A DNA stretch of 64,000 bases from Pelagomonas calceolata. Its lineage: Eukaryota. The DNA is taken from positions 2,418,001 to 2,482,000 of the forward strand of contig CAKKNE010000002.1 in assembly GCA_918797485.1 (NCBI GenBank), written 5' to 3'. Below are positions 1 through 9,739 of this stretch, in pieces; position 1 is the first letter of the stretch; every line of letters starts with the position of its first letter. Under the pieces are notes generated by a model, which worked only from the letters and a program-made list of their open reading frames with translations, searched no databases and was not told the origin of the DNA. Position numbers and translations under genes: made by a program.

Positions 1-3000
1 CCGCGTATTACAGGCGCCGGAGGCTGCGCGACGAGCATTTTCTCTACTGGAGCATCGCATGGAGGTCGGCCGGCTGCGCATGTGGCTGCTCTTCCTGATC
101 ATGAGTATCGCGGGCCACTGGGCAGCGTGCGCCTTCTTTATCGCCGCGAGACTCGACGAGGCCTCGCCCGTGCGCAGAGCCAGAGAAGACGCGACATGGC
201 CAAGAGTGGATGGCCTCTGGAACACCACCCTCGTACAAGATGACGTCTTCATAGAACTGGAGCGCTCGAGGCTCCACGCTTATGCGCGGTCCTACTACTG
301 GGCCTTGGTCACCATGGTCACCACCGGCTACGGCGACATCGTCCCTAGAGCAAGAGTGGAGACGTGGACTTGTATCATATGCATGTACGTGGGCATGTCG
401 ATCTCCTGCGCCGCGATCGCCAATCTTACGTTATTGGTCATGTCGGCGAACGCGCAGAATGCAGGCCATCTCGCGCGGCTCGACGGGTTACGGAGGTACG
501 CGAGATATAGAAGATTGCCACCGAACGTCGCTCGGCGCGTCGTCGCCTACGTCGAGCACGAGTGGAACCGGCGCCGCGGCGTCGACGCTGTGGCATTCGA
601 CCGCGAGCTGCCGGCTACATTAAGGCAGGCGTGCGCGCGCGTCCGAGCCGCGGCTCTGTTGCGAAAGCTGCCGGCACTGGCTGAAGGCATTGCCAACGAA
701 GCTGTTGTGAACGCGCTGGCCTTGAAACTCGAGGCTAAAACGTACGCGCCGCAGGACGACGTAGTGAGGCCCGGCGAGCGGGTCGCCGGCGCGATCCTCG
801 TGAGCCGCGGCGAACTCGCCGTGCGCTCGCGCAAGGAGGCCGAGGAAGGCCAGGTCCTGCGGCTGAAGAGCGGCGACGCCTTCGGCGTGCGGTCGCTGTT
901 CGCCGTGCACCAGTCCACAGTACTAGTCCAGGCGCACAGCTACTGCGACGCCTACTGGTTACTGCGGCGGGCCTTCGTGGCCGTGTGCCGGGCCCAGTGC
1001 TCGCCCCAGGAGCAGCTCGCCATGGCGAAGGCGGCGGACCCGCCGCCGGGCGACGTCGACCATCTAGGGTTAGCAGGCGGCGGCGGTGGCGCTTTGGTGC
1101 TGACGCCGTCGCCGCACAAAAAAGAGAAGAAGATGCTGAGGGAGCGCAAGGCGTCGCGGCTCTTCGCCTGGGGCGGCTTCCTCGGCGCCCGGCGCGTGTC
1201 TCCTCCAAAGGCAGCACCGGAAGCGCCGCCCCCCTCGACCACTCTCAATAAGCCCCACAAGCACGCGTGGCACCGGCCCGGGAGCCGCGGCCGCGCGCTC
1301 TACGAGGCATGTTGTTTCGCGCTCGTCGCGTTCTATGGCGTCGCGCTTCCGCTCATCCTCAAGACTGCCTACGCATCATCTATATTCAGATCGTGGGGCG
1401 GCAAGGAGCGGTTGCTCCTGGCAACGTATGTGGTCGACGTGTGTTGTATCGTCGACTTGGTGCTGCGTTCCACGGTCGTCTCGGAATTGGAGCATGGGGT
1501 GTTGGTGGACGACGGCCTGGGTTTGCGGCGATTGCTGCGGATGAAGCGCTACTGTCTCCTCGAGGTGTTGTGTCTGCTGCCCTGGGATTTGTTAGCGCTC
1601 GTCCTGACGTCGGGACCGTGCTGGCCCGCGGTCCTGCGCGCCGCGAAACTACCTCTAGTCATGCTCCGCCTGCCGTCGCAGACGCGGGCTTTAGGGGACG
1701 TCGCCGGCGCGCGGTGGCGCGTGTCCAAGGCCGCGCAGAAAATCATGGCGCTGAACGGCGCCATGCTCCTGGCGTGCCACTGGGCCGGCTGCGCATGGCT
1801 CCTCGCGGGGCGCGCCTCGGTTCGAGTGTACGGGAAAGACATGTCATGGATCACGCTCGACCGCGCATCCGTAGACAAGGGCTTCGTGGAGGGACGCCAC
1901 GCGTTCCTGCGCAACTACGACACCAGCGCCTGGAACCACGCCACCTGCACCTCCTCGTCTACAAAGGCGGTGTGCACGTATCTGCGAGCGGTCTATTTCG
2001 CTCTGGTAAGTATTTCGACGGTGGGCTACGGCGACATCCGGCCGGCGCCCGAGAATTTGGTGGAGACGATCTTCTGCTGCTTCGTGATCCTCTTCGGGGG
2101 CCTGATGGTCCCCGCGGTCGTTGGTGGTTTGGCGTCGCTCATGGCCGATTTGAACAAAGATGCGCGCGAGTATCGAGCGCGCGTCGCGGAACTGAGGCAT
2201 GCCATGGACCGGCACGACGTCCGCGCGAAGTTACGACGGGCCTTGTTACAGTACCACAACTACGTCTGGGCGCGGCGGCGGGGCGCGGACGAGCGCGAGG
2301 TGCTCAAGGCCCTGCCGGCGCCCTTGCGGCGGAGAGCTTTACATCGGACCATCGGCAGTTCTTTTCTGCGGACGCCCTTCTTCTCCACGGAAGCCGGCGT
2401 CGAGGACGTCGCGCGGCAGGAGCTCGTGTCGAGATTGGAGCCGCGGGTCTTCCTTCCGGGCGACCTTGTACTAGCCGAGGGCGACCTCGGGCGGCCGTCC
2501 TTATTCCTCGTGGAGCGGGGCGTCGTGGACCTCTACGCGGCCAAGGCCGGGTTGGCGAAGCTCGCGTCTCACCTGCGAGGCGGCGACGACGACGAGCAGT
2601 TGCCGTCGCCGCAGCGCAAGGCCTCGACGGCGTCCCTCATCTCCGTGGCGTCGTCGGAGACGCAGCCGCCGCCACGCAAGGCGTCCATGGTCAGCGTGCA
2701 GTCCTGGGACTCGTCCGCGACGATGGAGTCGCTGCCGCGGCAGGGCTCCATCACCAAGCTCTCGCACCTATTCAAGGGCTCGAGCTTCCGCGCCCGACAA
2801 AAGCAGCGACGGGCACCGCCCCAGCAGGCGCCGGCGCCCATCGCGGCCGTGCCCCTGTCGATCGTGTCGCCCGTCGCGCGGCGCGGAGCCGGCGACTTCT
2901 TCGGCGCCGAGTGTTTATTGGAGTCGGGCGGGCCCTGGTGCGCCGACGCCAAGAGCGCGGCGACGACGACGGACGACGACGACGACGCCGGCCGCGCGCC

Positions 3001-6000
3001 GCGGACGTCGGCCGTCGCGCGCGCCTACGCGGACTGCTTCGAATTGCATAGAAGCAGGTACCTGGACGTGCTCAAGGGCTTCCCGTCGTCGGCCCAGGCG
3101 ATCCGCGGCGCGCTCTGGCGGCACTGCGCCGCGGACGCGCGGCGGCTCGACGCGACGCTCGAGAACCTGGCCCGCGCGCACGTCGACGAGCGCGCGGCGC
3201 GGCGCTACGGCCTGCCGCGGCGCGTCGCGACGGACGCCGACGCCCTGCGGCTCGCCACGGCGCCCGAGACGCTGTCGACCATGGCGCTCAAGCGCAAGGT
3301 CGTCGAGCGCGCGGACGACGACGTTTCGTTAAGGACGGAGTCGCCGCGCGCGGCGCCGCCCCCGCAGAGGAAGATTACAATAAAGCGCCTCGAGGGCCTG
3401 CTGGCGAAGTGGTTCGGCGACCCCGAGGGCGAGGGGCAGGTGGCCTGGAGCTGCCTTGTGGTCGTGGCCATCGTGTACCAGCTGTTTTCGACGCCTTATC
3501 ATTTGGCGTTCCTGCCGCGGGAGGCCCACGTCTACGCGCTGGACTGGTGTTTTGATGTGGCGTTCCTGGCGGACGCTTTCCTAAGGGCGACGGCCTTCGG
3601 GTTTGTGGAAGACGGCAAGCTGGTCGCGGACGGGCCCGATATTTGGCGGAGGTACCGGCGGCACTCGTTAATGTTCGACGTCGTGACGTGCGCGCCCCTG
3701 GATTTAGTATTTTATGGAAGCGGCGTGGGCCCGCTCGGCGTCGCCTTAGCTCGGTTCCCCAAGGCGCTGCGGGTCATCCGGTTGGGCGCGGCGGCGCGCG
3801 TCGCTCGGCCCGTCGTCGACGTGGTGGAGGCGCACACGCTCGGGAACCGCCTCGGGACGTTATTACGATTACTCGGCACGGTGATCCTCATCGCGCACTG
3901 GGCGGCTCTACTGTTCTTCGCACTAGCTAGATACAAGCGCGTCCACGGCATGGACGTGTCGCTCGAAAAAAGGTGGCGCTGCACCTGGGTGCGGGCCCAG
4001 ATCTGGGAGGAGCATTTGAGACCGAAGACGGGCTTCGGGCCCAGGGACCGGGCGGCCCAGTACCTGCGGGCCCTGAACTGGGCGCTGCCGACTTTAGTGG
4101 TAATCGTGATCGGCGACGTCGTGCCGGCGACCTGCGCCGAGACGCTCTACGTCTTTTTATGTATTGCCGCGGGCATGAGCGTGAACGCGATGATCATCGG
4201 CAAGGTGGCGGCGGCCATCGCGAACTCCGAGGCGGCGTCGACCGAGCTCGCGGCGCGCGCGGACCGCCTCGAGAAGTACATGCAGCAGCACCGCGTGCCT
4301 TTACACCTAAGACGGCGCGTCAACGCCTTCGTCGACGCGCTGCAGAAGGCCAAGGGCGACTCGAGCGCCGCCATCGCCAACACGGCGCCGTCGGACGCGC
4401 TCGCGGCGTCGCCGCTGCCCCACACGCTCCGCGCGCGCGTCTGCGTCGCCGTGCGGCTTCCGGTCTTGAAGCGGTGCCCGATCTTCGAGAGCTGCCCGGA
4501 AGCCATCAAGCGCGCCCTGGCGCTGCACCTGACGCCGGAGACGTACGCTGCGGGCGACCTCGTCGTGCAGTACGGCGACCACGGCGACGCGATGCACTTC
4601 CTGACGCGGGGCACGGTCGAGGTGGTGGGCGAGGACGGGCGGACGATCTACGCGACGCTCGACGCGGGGTCGTTCTTTGGCGAGGGCGCGCTCTTCTCGA
4701 ACGTGCGCCGCGCGGCGTCGATCCGGTGCGCCTGCTTTTCGGAATGCCTGGCGCTGTCGCGGGCCGACCTGCAGCACCGGCTGCGGGCCTTTGGCTTCCC
4801 CCAGCGGCGGTTATTGGACGAGTTTACGACGATCAGGAGGCGGAACGCGGACGTCAATGCCGCGATCAGCCGCAACCTCAAGGAGGCCGAGCGCGCGGGC
4901 AGTAGGTTGCGGCGCGTTCTTGGGGATGTGTCCCTGCGTTTGTCGACGAAGCGGCAGACGTCCTTCGTGCAGCGGTTCCGGAGCTTCCTCGGGCAGCGCC
5001 TCGCTCGCGGCACGGCGGGCCGAGCCCTCTGGGACGCGCTGTCGGCCGTCGCGGTGCTCTACGAAGCCTTGGTCCTGCCCTACCGCGCGGCCTTCACGCT
5101 GCCCGATGCCCTTGCTAGGGTCGTGCCGGGCGCGATGGGGCCCGACTACGCGTGCGACGCGTTCTTCCTGCTTTCTTTGATTTGCCGGTGCGCGATGAAG
5201 GACGACGCCGAGGAGCGGCAGAGCCGGGGCAATCTTACAGAGGTGCTCGACGCGCACTGTGTCGGCGCGCGGTACCGGCGGTCGCGGTGGCTCTGGCTCG
5301 ACGTCCTCGCGGCGCTGCCCCTCGAACTTTTTTATGTGGTCGTGGCGACGAATGTCGAGAGGAACGTCGTCCTGGCGTGCCGGCTGAACCGGCTCCTGCG
5401 CGTCGGGCGCCTGAGCGGCTTCGTGGACGCCGTGCTCCGGCACCTGGCGCTGCGCCGCGGCGTGCGCGTCTCCAAGGCCGAGAAGGCCCTGGCGGCTGTC
5501 TACCTGGCCTACCTCTACGTGAACCACTGGTACGCCTGCGCCTGGTTCGCGATCCACCGCTACTTCGGCGGGGACAAGACGTGGGCGACCGTCGACGGCA
5601 TCGCCGCGCTCGACGACATCTGCCGCATCGACGTCGCGGACTGCTACGCGCGGAGCGTGCACCTCGTGATCACGACGATCTCGTCGGTCGGCTACGGCGA
5701 CATCTGGCCCCAGACGCCGCTCGAGACGGGCTGGCAGATCGTGGTCGTCGTGACGGGCGCGTGTCTGTTCGCGTCGCTGATCGGGGCGTATACGCTCATC
5801 CTCGAGGCCCACGACACGGAGGGCGCCTCGGCGTTCCGCGCGAAGCTGAGAAGGTACGACGCGCACATGCACCGCTCAAAGCTGCCGAAGGAACTGCGGG
5901 AGAGTGTCCTACGGCACCACGAGCACCGCTACGCGCTGACGCGCTGCGTCGACGAGGCGTCGATCACGTCGGACCTCACGGCGCCGCTCCGCATGGATTT

Positions 6001-6712
6001 GGCCTTGTACGTGCACCGCGCGGCGTTCGCGAAGATCCGCGTGTTCTCGGCGCTGCCGCGGTCGACGGCGCGGCGGCTCGCCGCCGTCGCGCGGACGCAA
6101 AAGTGCGGCCGCGGCGAGGTCGTCTACGCGGCGGGCGACGTCGGGTGGGACGTCTACTTCGTGTTCGCCGGCGCGGTCCGGCTGTCGCCGCCCGAGGACC
6201 CGTCCATCCTGGACTTCCGCGGGCGCGACGCGCGGGAACGGTTCCAGCGCGACGACCCGGCGCGGCTGGCCGACCTGCTCGCCGTGGGCCGCGGCCGACC
6301 CCTGCTGGCGTCGCGCGACGAGGTCTCTGAGAAGAACGTCAAGACGGCCGCGCAGCGGCGCACGGCGTTCCGCTGCGACGAAACCTTCCGGCACGTGCCA
6401 GGCCGCGGCTTCGGGCGGCGCGTCGCGGGGAACGCCCACCGACGGTCCGTCGTGCGGTCGTTCGTCGCGCCGACCGGGGACCAGACGGAGGCGTACCCGG
6501 TGGTCGCGGGCGTCGTCGACGAGGGCGACCACTTCGGCGAGTTTTGCCTGCAGTCCGAGTCCGGGGTCCGCCAGGAGACGGCGCGGTGCGTCCTGGCGAG
6601 CGAGCTGTACACTATCTCCCGCGCGGACCTGGAGGCGCAGGTCGTGTCCTACGAGAGCGACGACGTCATCGCGGTCTTCAACGATCTGCTGCAGGTGCAT
6701 TCGCTGTCCTAG
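1..6712 (+). CDS. Four-repeat cyclic nucleotide-gated K+ channel (CNGK/tetraKCNG-like), 5'-truncated by the window edge
   Basis: The frame is open from position 2 through 59..6712. There are four pore-like motifs (TTGYGD ~320, STVGYGD ~2020, VIVIGD ~4105, SSVGYGD ~5685), each followed by a C-linker and a cNMP-binding-like domain (e.g. GSFFGEGALFSNVRRAASIRC). S4-like R/K repeats are present (RLNRLLRVGRL). Confidence 0.88.
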   Translation, partial: RVLQAPEAARRAFSLLEHRMEVGRLRMWLLFLIMSIAGHWAACAFFIAARLDEASPVRRAREDATWPRVDGLWNTTLVQDDVFIELERSRLHAYARSYYWALVTMVTTGYGDIVPRARVETWTCIICMYVGMSISCAAIANLTLLVMSANAQNAGHLARLDGLRRYARYRRLPPNVARRVVAYVEHEWNRRRGVDAVAFDRELPATLRQACARVRAAALLRKLPALAEGIANEAVVNALALKLEAKTYAPQDDVVRPGERVAGAILVSRGELAVRSRKEAEEGQVLRLKSGDAFGVRSLFAVHQSTVLVQAHSYCDAYWLLRRAFVAVCRAQCSPQEQLAMAKAADPPPGDVDHLGLAGGGGGALVLTPSPHKKEKKMLRERKASRLFAWGGFLGARRVSPPKAAPEAPPPSTTLNKPHKHAWHRPGSRGRALYEACCFALVAFYGVALPLILKTAYASSIFRSWGGKERLLLATYVVDVCCIVDLVLRSTVVSELEHGVLVDDGLGLRRLLRMKRYCLLEVLCLLPWDLLALVLTSGPCWPAVLRAAKLPLVMLRLPSQTRALGDVAGARWRVSKAAQKIMALNGAMLLACHWAGCAWLLAGRASVRVYGKDMSWITLDRASVDKGFVEGRHAFLRNYDTSAWNHATCTSSSTKAVCTYLRAVYFALVSISTVGYGDIRPAPENLVETIFCCFVILFGGLMVPAVVGGLASLMADLNKDAREYRARVAELRHAMDRHDVRAKLRRALLQYHNYVWARRRGADEREVLKALPAPLRRRALHRTIGSSFLRTPFFSTEAGVEDVARQELVSRLEPRVFLPGDLVLAEGDLGRPSLFLVERGVVDLYAAKAGLAKLASHLRGGDDDEQLPSPQRKASTASLISVASSETQPPPRKASMVSVQSWDSSATMESLPRQGSITKLSHLFKGSSFRARQKQRRAPPQQAPAPIAAVPLSIVSPVARRGAGDFFGAECLLESGGPWCADAKSAATTTDDDDDAGRAPRTSAVARAYADCFELHRSRYLDVLKGFPSSAQAIRGALWRHCAADARRLDATLENLARAHVDERAARRYGLPRRVATDADALRLATAPETLSTMALKRKVVERADDDVSLRTESPRAAPPPQRKITIKRLEGLLAKWFGDPEGEGQVAWSCLVVVAIVYQLFSTPYHLAFLPREAHVYALDWCFDVAFLADAFLRATAFGFVEDGKLVADGPDIWRRYRRHSLMFDVVTCAPLDLVFYGSGVGPLGVALARFPKALRVIRLGAAARVARPVVDVVEAHTLGNRLGTLLRLLGTVILIAHWAALLFFALARYKRVHGMDVSLEKRWRCTWVRAQIWEEHLRPKTGFGPRDRAAQYLRALNWALPTLVVIVIGDVVPATCAETLYVFLCIAAGMSVNAMIIGKVAAAIANSEAASTELAARADRLEKYMQQHRVPLHLRRRVNAFVDALQKAKGDSSAAIANTAPSDALAASPLPHTLRARVCVAVRLPVLKRCPIFESCPEAIKRALALHLTPETYAAGDLVVQYGDHGDAMHFLTRGTVEVVGEDGRTIYATLDAGSFFGEGALFSNVRRAASIRCACFSECLALSRADLQHRLRAFGFPQRRLLDEFTTIRRRNADVNAAISRNLKEAERAGSRLRRVLGDVSLRLSTKRQTSFVQRFRSFLGQRLARGTAGRALWDALSAVAVLYEALVLPYRAAFTLPDALARVVPGAMGPDYACDAFFLLSLICRCAMKDDAEERQSRGNLTEVLDAHCVGARYRRSRWLWLDVLAALPLELFYVVVATNVERNVVLACRLNRLLRVGRLSGFVDAVLRHLALRRGVRVSKAEKALAAVYLAYLYVNHWYACAWFAIHRYFGGDKTWATVDGIAALDDICRIDVADCYARSVHLVITTISSVGYGDIWPQTPLETGWQIVVVVTGACLFASLIGAYTLILEAHDTEGASAFRAKLRRYDAHMHRSKLPKELRESVLRHHEHRYALTRCVDEASITSDLTAPLRMDLALYVHRAAFAKIRVFSALPRSTARRLAAVARTQKCGRGEVVYAAGDVGWDVYFVFAGAVRLSPPEDPSILDFRGRDARERFQRDDPARLADLLAVGRGRPLLASRDEVSEKNVKTAAQRRTAFRCDETFRHVPGRGFGRRVAGNAHRRSVVRSFVAPTGDQTEAYPVVAGVVDEGDHFGEFCLQSESGVRQETARCVLASELYTISRADLEAQVVSYESDDVIAVFNDLLQVHSLS

Positions 6713-7103
6713 AGTCTTCTCTGCTAACAGTTACTGTTGTTATATATCCAACTTACCTATATATATTATTATATATCCTAGCTTTCGAACACTCATCCGC
6801 CCGTAGTCCCTCCCAACATCTGCATAAAAGCAAGTAAAATTTACCGATAAAGTACCGACATACATGTATACAATATAATTCTCGAGATCAAAATAACCAT
6901 AAGCCGAGAGACGCAGCCGCGCCGTAGCCCTCGTCCAGGGGCGAGCGCAACAGTCAGGTCACAGTCAGGTGTCCGCCTGATAGGAACCGACGGTCTTAGT
7001 CGTGAATTTTGCGCGCGTCTGTCCTGAAACTTTGTTTGGATCTTTAAGATAGATCCTTGGCCGCGCGGAACCGCGCGAGGGAACGACCTTGGGACCCAAC
7101 ACC

Positions 7104-8066
7104 ATGCCCGACGTCGTCACCATCTTGACGAAAGACCCCAAGTCGGTGCCGACGACCGCGGCCTGGCTGGCGGCACTGGCGGCCGTCACGATGCTCATCG
7201 AGAGCAATTTTCTCGAACACATGGATATAGCTTGGCTTGGATTTCCAATCTGGACGCCAGGGACCCCGTTTTACGGGCAATGGTATCGGGCCCTCGCGTC
7301 TCTCTGCACACTGGGCTCTTTGAGCTTCTCGACATTGATCTCTGTGTACTTCATCGCGTCGACCGCGGTCCCGTACGAGCTAGCTGTGGGAAGGGCTCTC
7401 TTCTTCTGGCACATGCTCTTAGGCACTGTCGCCGTCTTGGGGGTTTGTGCAATCGGTGGCGTCGTTCCGGGCCGTGGCTACCCCGAGTTTTATTTTCCGG
7501 CAGCAGCACTGGCTCACTACATCGAGACTCTTCATTTGTGCTACCAGCCTGATTATGTGGTGTCGATTATGGGCGTCCGTCACGTCAAAATGAAGCACGT
7601 GCCTCTCTTTCACATGGGCTATGGTATCTTTATGGACAATCGCTGGATCAATATGGGTCTCTTAATTGGCTACGTGGTAGGGCATTTCGTGCACTCCAAT
7701 TTTAAGCTCTTCCCGTGGCTCGAGAATCCGTACCTGGCGTTGGCCGCGCTGGCCGAGGAGGATAACCGGGGCGCGCCGGCCGCCGCACCGAGACGCGAGG
7801 CGCCGGCCGCCGCGGCCGACGATCCCGCAGCCACGCGCGCGGAAGGACCAGTCGCCCTCAAAATCGGCGACGCCGTCACCTTCGCCTTCCCGGACACGTC
7901 CGCGAACGCGCCGCTTACCGGCAAGCGCGGCGTCGTCGAGGCGCTCCCCGGAGGCGGCGATTTCCCCGACCGCTACGTTGTCTTCCTCGCCGCGACGGCG
8001 GACTCCGGTCAGCGCCGCCTCGCGGTGAAGCGCGAGCACCTCGAGTTCTTCGCGCGAGGCCTTTGA
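7104..8066 (+). CDS. Multi-pass membrane protein of unknown function with a C-terminal KOW/SH3-like beta-barrel motif
   Basis: First ATG at 7104. Several hydrophobic segments; C-terminal LKIGDAV...LTGKRGVVEAL...RYVVFL...LAVKREHL. Confidence 0.65.
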   Translation: MPDVVTILTKDPKSVPTTAAWLAALAAVTMLIESNFLEHMDIAWLGFPIWTPGTPFYGQWYRALASLCTLGSLSFSTLISVYFIASTAVPYELAVGRALFFWHMLLGTVAVLGVCAIGGVVPGRGYPEFYFPAAALAHYIETLHLCYQPDYVVSIMGVRHVKMKHVPLFHMGYGIFMDNRWINMGLLIGYVVGHFVHSNFKLFPWLENPYLALAALAEEDNRGAPAAAPRREAPAAAADDPAATRAEGPVALKIGDAVTFAFPDTSANAPLTGKRGVVEALPGGGDFPDRYVVFLAATADSGQRRLAVKREHLEFFARGL

Positions 8067-8083
8067 AATAAGACTCACAAAAT

Positions 8084-9085
8084 TTACGGCGCGGATATAT
8101 TCGGGGTAGGACTCGCGGTCGACGGCGCGGCAGTCGTCGGTTCCTGCGTCGGCGGCGATGCCTCTTCCTCCCAGACGCCACCGCGGTAGAGCACGGCGGC
8201 GTGCAGGTCGGACGCGGCAACGGGCGGCCAACTCGTCCGAGTCACGTCGACGCGGAGCTGGCCCTCATTATTCCAGTAAAGCCAATCAGCGTCGTTGGCA
8301 AAACAAACGAGCTCGCCGTCATGCGTTGCGGTAAAGTCTAGATGGGAGCCGACTCGGAACAGCGACGCCGTCACTTCTGCCTCGCGCAGGGGCATGTAGG
8401 CGGCCGTGTCGTTGCCCTGCCCGTCACTCTGCTCCTGCAGGCGCCAGACGTACTCGCCCACGCCGCACACCAATTCGAACCAGTTCGCGTCGAGCAGTCT
8501 GCGCTTCGCGCCTAGGTAGGCTCGACACCTTCCGGCCGCGACCCAGCACTTCGAGACGGCGTCGTACGAGGCCGTGTAGCCGTCCGCGTCGATCTTGACG
8601 AAGCCGTCGACCCACCGCTGGTGGCCCCGGACCTCGATCCTATACGTCTCGTTCGACTGGATCGCGAAGCCCGACGGGTTCCACCGCAGGGACGCATTCA
8701 CCCAGAAGCTCGTGGCCGGCGCGGCACCGGGGTTCGCGGCGAGGCGCTCGAGCGTCTCGGCCACTCGTCTCTCGCGCACGTATTCGCCGTCTCCGGCCGC
8801 CGCGACGCCCTGCTCGATCTCGGACTGGACCTTGGCCAGCGCGAGGCGCCGCCGGCCCGCGGGCGCGTCGCTGACGGCGCCGCGGTGCAGGGGGAACGCC
8901 GGCGCCGTGTCGGTCAAGGGCGACACGGACGAGACGCCGTCGCTGTAGCGGTTCGCGTCCACGGCGTAGGGCAGGTTCGGCAGGTCGTCGTCGCCGCGGC
9001 CGCCGGGCAGGACGTCGTTCGCGTACTCGTTTTCGTAGACCTCGTAGGCCCGGGCGAGCGCTAGAATGGCGAGGGCGCGGCGCAT
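8084..9085 (-). CDS. Secreted protein with a PA-IL/LecA-like beta-sandwich domain and a Pro/Thr/Ser tail
   Basis: Signal peptide MRRALAILALARA. Motifs WNPSGFAI..YRIEVRG..W and GELVCFAND..LYWNNEGQLRVDV; PTQEPTTAAPSTASPTP tail. The lectin-like fold is inferred. Confidence 0.6.
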   Translation of the reverse strand: MRRALAILALARAYEVYENEYANDVLPGGRGDDDLPNLPYAVDANRYSDGVSSVSPLTDTAPAFPLHRGAVSDAPAGRRRLALAKVQSEIEQGVAAAGDGEYVRERRVAETLERLAANPGAAPATSFWVNASLRWNPSGFAIQSNETYRIEVRGHQRWVDGFVKIDADGYTASYDAVSKCWVAAGRCRAYLGAKRRLLDANWFELVCGVGEYVWRLQEQSDGQGNDTAAYMPLREAEVTASLFRVGSHLDFTATHDGELVCFANDADWLYWNNEGQLRVDVTRTSWPPVAASDLHAAVLYRGGVWEEEASPPTQEPTTAAPSTASPTPNISAP

Positions 9086-9355
9086 GGCTGTCGTATGCGC
9101 TAGGGCTCCCGTGCGCACTGGGCAGCCCCTGTCCGCACGATGGCACCAGATGGCCCGCGGGGCAGCCCGTGTCCGACGGCGGCGCTAGCTGGCTCCCGTG
9201 GGACCAGGTCCGCACGCGAGGGCGGGGCTGCCTTTTTGACTGCGTGCTGGGGCCCGCCGGGCAAAGGAGTGTGTCTGCGTTCGCGACGGCGCCGACGCTG
9301 GTAGCCAAGGGGCGTAGGGCAGCCAGAGGCGTGGCCGCAGCGGCTCTCTGCTTTT

Positions 9356-9376
9356 CTAGTATGTTACTATACTAGC
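9356..9376 (-). promoter_or_regulatory. CTAG-bounded intergenic motif (divergent copy)
   Basis: Minus strand GCTAGTATAGTAACATACTAG. Confidence 0.45.
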
Positions 9377-9473
9377 TCATCTAGCTGTTATCTTTCGTGG
9401 GAAGGGGGATGTGTACGAGCTCGAGAGCGGACCAGAGGAGAGAGCCCTCGGGGCTCGGAAGGCGGGATGCCGT

Positions 9474-9707
9474 TTAGCCCAGGACGGCCTTGAGCACGGC
9501 GAGGCGGGAGCCGGAGTCGACGAGCGCCAGGAAGAACAGGGCGACGAGGAGGAGTCCGGCGAGCGAGCGACCGAGCATTTCGAAGAATCCCGGCCACTTG
9601 TCGTCGAGCGGGTACATCGCCGCGATCGCTTTGAACTGCCGCAGATCGTACCATAAGAGGACGAGTATGCCCAAACGAACCCGCTCGATAAGGAGTAGGG
9701 GCACTAT
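9474..9707 (-). CDS. Orphan coding segment (two hydrophobic helices); possibly a spliced terminal exon of the ankyrin gene
   Basis: GC3-rich codons, no ATG start, preceded by a T-rich tract ending TGTCAG (acceptor-like) at 9708. Confidence 0.4.
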   Translation of the reverse strand: MVPLLLIERVRLGILVLLWYDLRQFKAIAAMYPLDDKWPGFFEMLGRSLAGLLLVALFFLALVDSGSRLAVLKAVLG

Positions 9708-9739
9708 CTGACAATAAAAATCGCAACCACAACAAACCT

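Noticed and set aside
6720..6970. AT-rich gap with TA runs and a 10-bp direct repeat ACAGTCAGGT
   Set aside because: Consistent with an ordinary 3' UTR/intergenic region; the repeat is too short to interpret.
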